From NCBI GenBank assembly GCA_043228905.1, contig JBHGNT010000001.1:12772001-12836000 (forward strand): a DNA stretch of 64,000 nucleotides, given 5' to 3'. The translations under genes were made by a program, and so were the position numbers. Each line of letters begins with the position of its first letter. The stretch's first letter is position 1. The DNA comes from Azolla caroliniana. Taxonomy: Eukaryota; Plantae; Polypodiophyta. Below the pieces are notes generated by a model, which worked only from the letters and a program-made list of their open reading frames with translations, did not search any database and was not told the DNA's origin. Shown here piece by piece: positions 61,010 to 64,000 of the stretch.

Positions 61010-63690
61010 CTTAAGACAAAGATCAAAGACTATATGTTACATTAACCAAAATACTTCCAACAGTAACTAAGTTACAAGGGGTTGGTTTAAATACCAACTA
61101 AACTAGGGCAAGGGCCCTTTCTACTATTTAGAAGACTAGCCTGGTTGTCGATGAGCTAGTGTGAAACCTATCTCTATGGGAACACAACTTCCATCTGTTG
61201 AAAAGTTGTTTCGGTTTGGTCTTCGGAATCCGGCTTCCGGCGTTCGTAATCCTCGAACTGGATTGTTCGGCTTTTCGGCTTCGTGTTCAGTTCGATTAAC
61301 TAAGTGTTGTGTGCTCACGTATCGTTGCATGTGGCGTATCGTTCTGTGTTACGTCCATGTCACTTGTAGTACTCCCCCTCAAGCTCGACAATGTGGATGT
61401 CGTGAGACCAAGGTCCGATGCGAATTGCCCGAGATTGTCGACTCCTAAGGACTTCGTAAAAATATCAACAATTTGGACGGGCGTACTGATACATTGGAGA
61501 TCAATATCTCTAACCTGTACGCGCTTGCGGATGAAGTGGTAGTGCACTTTGATGTGTTTAGTCTGCGCGTGGAAGCTGGGGTTCTGAGCGAGGTAGATGT
61601 TGCTCATGTTGTCGCAGAAGAGGTGAATTGGATCCGTAATGGGAACGCCCAGATCCTTAACTGTGTGCTTGAGCCATACGGCTTCGCATGCGGCGACTAC
61701 CGCGCCCCTATATTCGGCTTCTGTGCTCGACAGTGCGATCGTCGACTGCTTCTTACTACTCCAGGAGATCGCTCCGCTGCCAAGGGAGAAGACGAATTCG
61801 GATGTGGATCGTCTATTCACTTTGTATCCTGCCCAGTCCGCATCTATGTATCCTTTGAGTCGAATGGTCGTATTTGACTTATACATTATGCCGTAATGCA
61901 TCGTAGTACTGACATACCAGAGTATGCTCTTAGCGCAATCAAGATGAAGGTTTCACAAATTCTGCATGAATTGGCGAAGTAGGCCGACCGAATAACTGAG
62001 ATCGGGTCACGTAATGGTGAAATAGATTAAGTTGCCGAATAGTTGATGATACTGAGTTGACTCGCACACCACTGTGCCAGAATCGACATCCATCTTGAGA
62101 TTATGATCAAGAGGGGTGGATACAGGTTTGCATTCAGTCATTCCGAACTTGTAGAGCAAGTTGAGAATGTAGTGCCGTTGAGAGATCATTATTCCGACTC
62201 GTGTCCGAATTACTTCAATGCCTAGGAAGTAATGGAGCTCGTGCAAGTCTTTCATTTCGAATCTACCGGAGAGAAGTGATTTGACTTTGTTAATCTCGGA
62301 AGATCCTTTCCTCCGATGACCAAATCATCCACATAAAGGATGATGACAATCGAGCTATCCGACTCATTTTGGATGTACAGGGAAGTGTCATATTTTGACA
62401 TTCAAAATCTGATCTGATGAAGATATTGCGTGATCTTTCAGTGCCACGCATGGGGTGCTTGTTTGAGGCCGTATAGTGGCTTCTTGAGGTGGCACACGAC
62501 GTTCAGATGATTACGCGATTCAAAACCGGGTGGCTTGATCATGTACACCTCCTCTTCCAATTCTCCTTGAAGAAAGGTGTTCTTGACGTCCATCTGGTGG
62601 AGGTGCCACCCTTTTGCTGTCGCGATTGCAATTACGGTCCGCACAGTTGTCATCTTTGCCACTGGGGCAAAGGTCTCTTCGTAGTCTACGTCGTGCGTTT
62701 GCGTGTATCCTTTCGCAACGAGCCATGCTTTAAAGCGATTTACGGAGCCGTCGACATTGTGTTTCACTTTGTAAATCCATCGACAACCAATCGCTTTCTT
62801 GTGCGGCGTGTGAGGAACGAGATCCCATGTCTCGTTTTTGCATAACGCTTGCATTTCCTCATTCAACACATTGACCCATCGTGGATCCTTTACGGCTTCA
62901 GAAAGCATCTCCGGCTCCGGCTCCCGTACTAAAGCTACCTTCATCATGAAGGCATAATGGTGCGCCATATAATCGTTGTAGCCAAAACAGCTTATGGGGT
63001 TCTTTTCACGGGTTGATTGGCAGAGTTTCTCGTTTACAGATACTAAGGCTTTCTTTGCTCCATTTATCCAGATGATTTGGATGTTCAGGCCTTCGAACTC
63101 ACTGTCGAGGGAGTGAGTCGATGCGTTGTCGATTGGATCTTCGTATTCAGACATCTTGGCCTTCCCTTTGTCGAGTTTCGGACTTGGTCGAAATGTGCTT
63201 TGCTCACTCGGGGGCTCCCATGGTCCACTAAGCCATGTCGTAATTGGGCGTTCATTGAACATGCGTGTGAGCCGATCTTCGTCTTCTATCTCCATTTCGG
63301 TGGATTCCGGGTTGAGCAGAGTCAGAGTCGAAGTTGTTTCTGGTGCGTACTAGGATGCGGACTCGTTGAAGACTACGTCTCGACTTGTTCGAGCTTTTCA
63401 GGTAGATAGGTTGTAGCATTTGTACCCCTTTTGTTCGAGTGAGTATCCTACGAGGATACATTTCTCCGACTTCGAGTCGAGCTTTTGTCGTGTATCATCG
63501 GGAATATGTACGTAGGTGATAGAGCCGAAAATGCGGACATGTGATAAGTCTGGCTTCTTTCCAAAGAACTTCTCATGAGGAGTTACGTCGTGTACACCTA
63601 AGGTTGTGCACCTATTCTTGAGGTATAAGGCCATGTTCGCCGCTTCTGCCCAGTATGATTTTGCAGGTTCTTCTCATTCATCATAGCTTT
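60843..63690 (-). mobile_element. Decayed Copia fragment K (G/H-like): integrase C-terminus, RT, RNase H; LTR limits uncertain
   Basis: ORFs 63398-63634, 62438-63295, 62007-62255 and 61296-61901 with Copia motifs. PPT-like TTGAGGGGGAG at ~61372-61382. Confidence 0.82.
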
Positions 63691-64000
63691 TTCATCACCT
63701 TGGTAATTTGAGCCATATTGATTGTTTCTATTGTTCATTGCACAATATAACATCGTTTTTGAAGTGTGGGCAATTAGATAGAGTCACCCTTTGAAACTCA
63801 ATAAATATAAGTGATGTGCATGTATATCTCAATGTTATCTATTTTTGGGCAAGGAAGAACATGTCAAGGCATGATGTAACACGATGGTGAATAACACTTA
63901 CATCAATGTGTTACTCATGGATAAATATTGGATACACATTTTTTGGTGATATAAAATCATTGTTCCTCTATCGATTCTCTTTTAGTAATTCCTAGTTATA

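Noticed and set aside
63690-64000. AT-rich end of the window as a new element or gene
   Set aside because: Too short, with no diagnostic features.

Overview
Eukaryotic, plant-like DNA, most likely from a non-seed plant given the Tcn1-like chromovirus, tRNA-Trp-primed Gypsy and fern/lycophyte-type Copia. It is almost entirely nested transposable elements, and I see no host gene. Left half: an old minus-strand Gypsy element (A, ~3747-23660) is interrupted by an intact chromovirus (1-3746), a non-autonomous LTR element (4782-8182) and a stack of tRNA-Trp-primed Gypsy elements (B>C>D, 10008-22817). A decayed Tnt1-like Copia (E) follows. Right half: Copia F contains Copia G, which contains Copia H, which contains a 13.1-kb DNA transposon (31666-44764; 26-bp TIRs, GAGG TSD, Sola2-type transposase). 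Further insertions in F are a solo LTR, Copia I (carrying a young non-autonomous element C2) and fragment J; Copia fragment K follows. The best novelty candidate is the Sola2-like element. It carries a second, convergent, apparently intact 5-exon gene (basic N-terminus, coiled coil, RING-H2, acidic repeats) and AGTACT-rich tandem arrays in the large introns of both genes, an architecture reminiscent of TE-encoded anti-silencing systems. Other notable signals: CG-centred 4-bp target sites, covarying U5 hairpins and a putative -1 frameshift pseudoknot in the Trp-primed family, and tRNA-like Pol III boxes in two unrelated LTRs. Coordinates were read by eye (+/- a few bp), and family names come from motif recall, not database searches.
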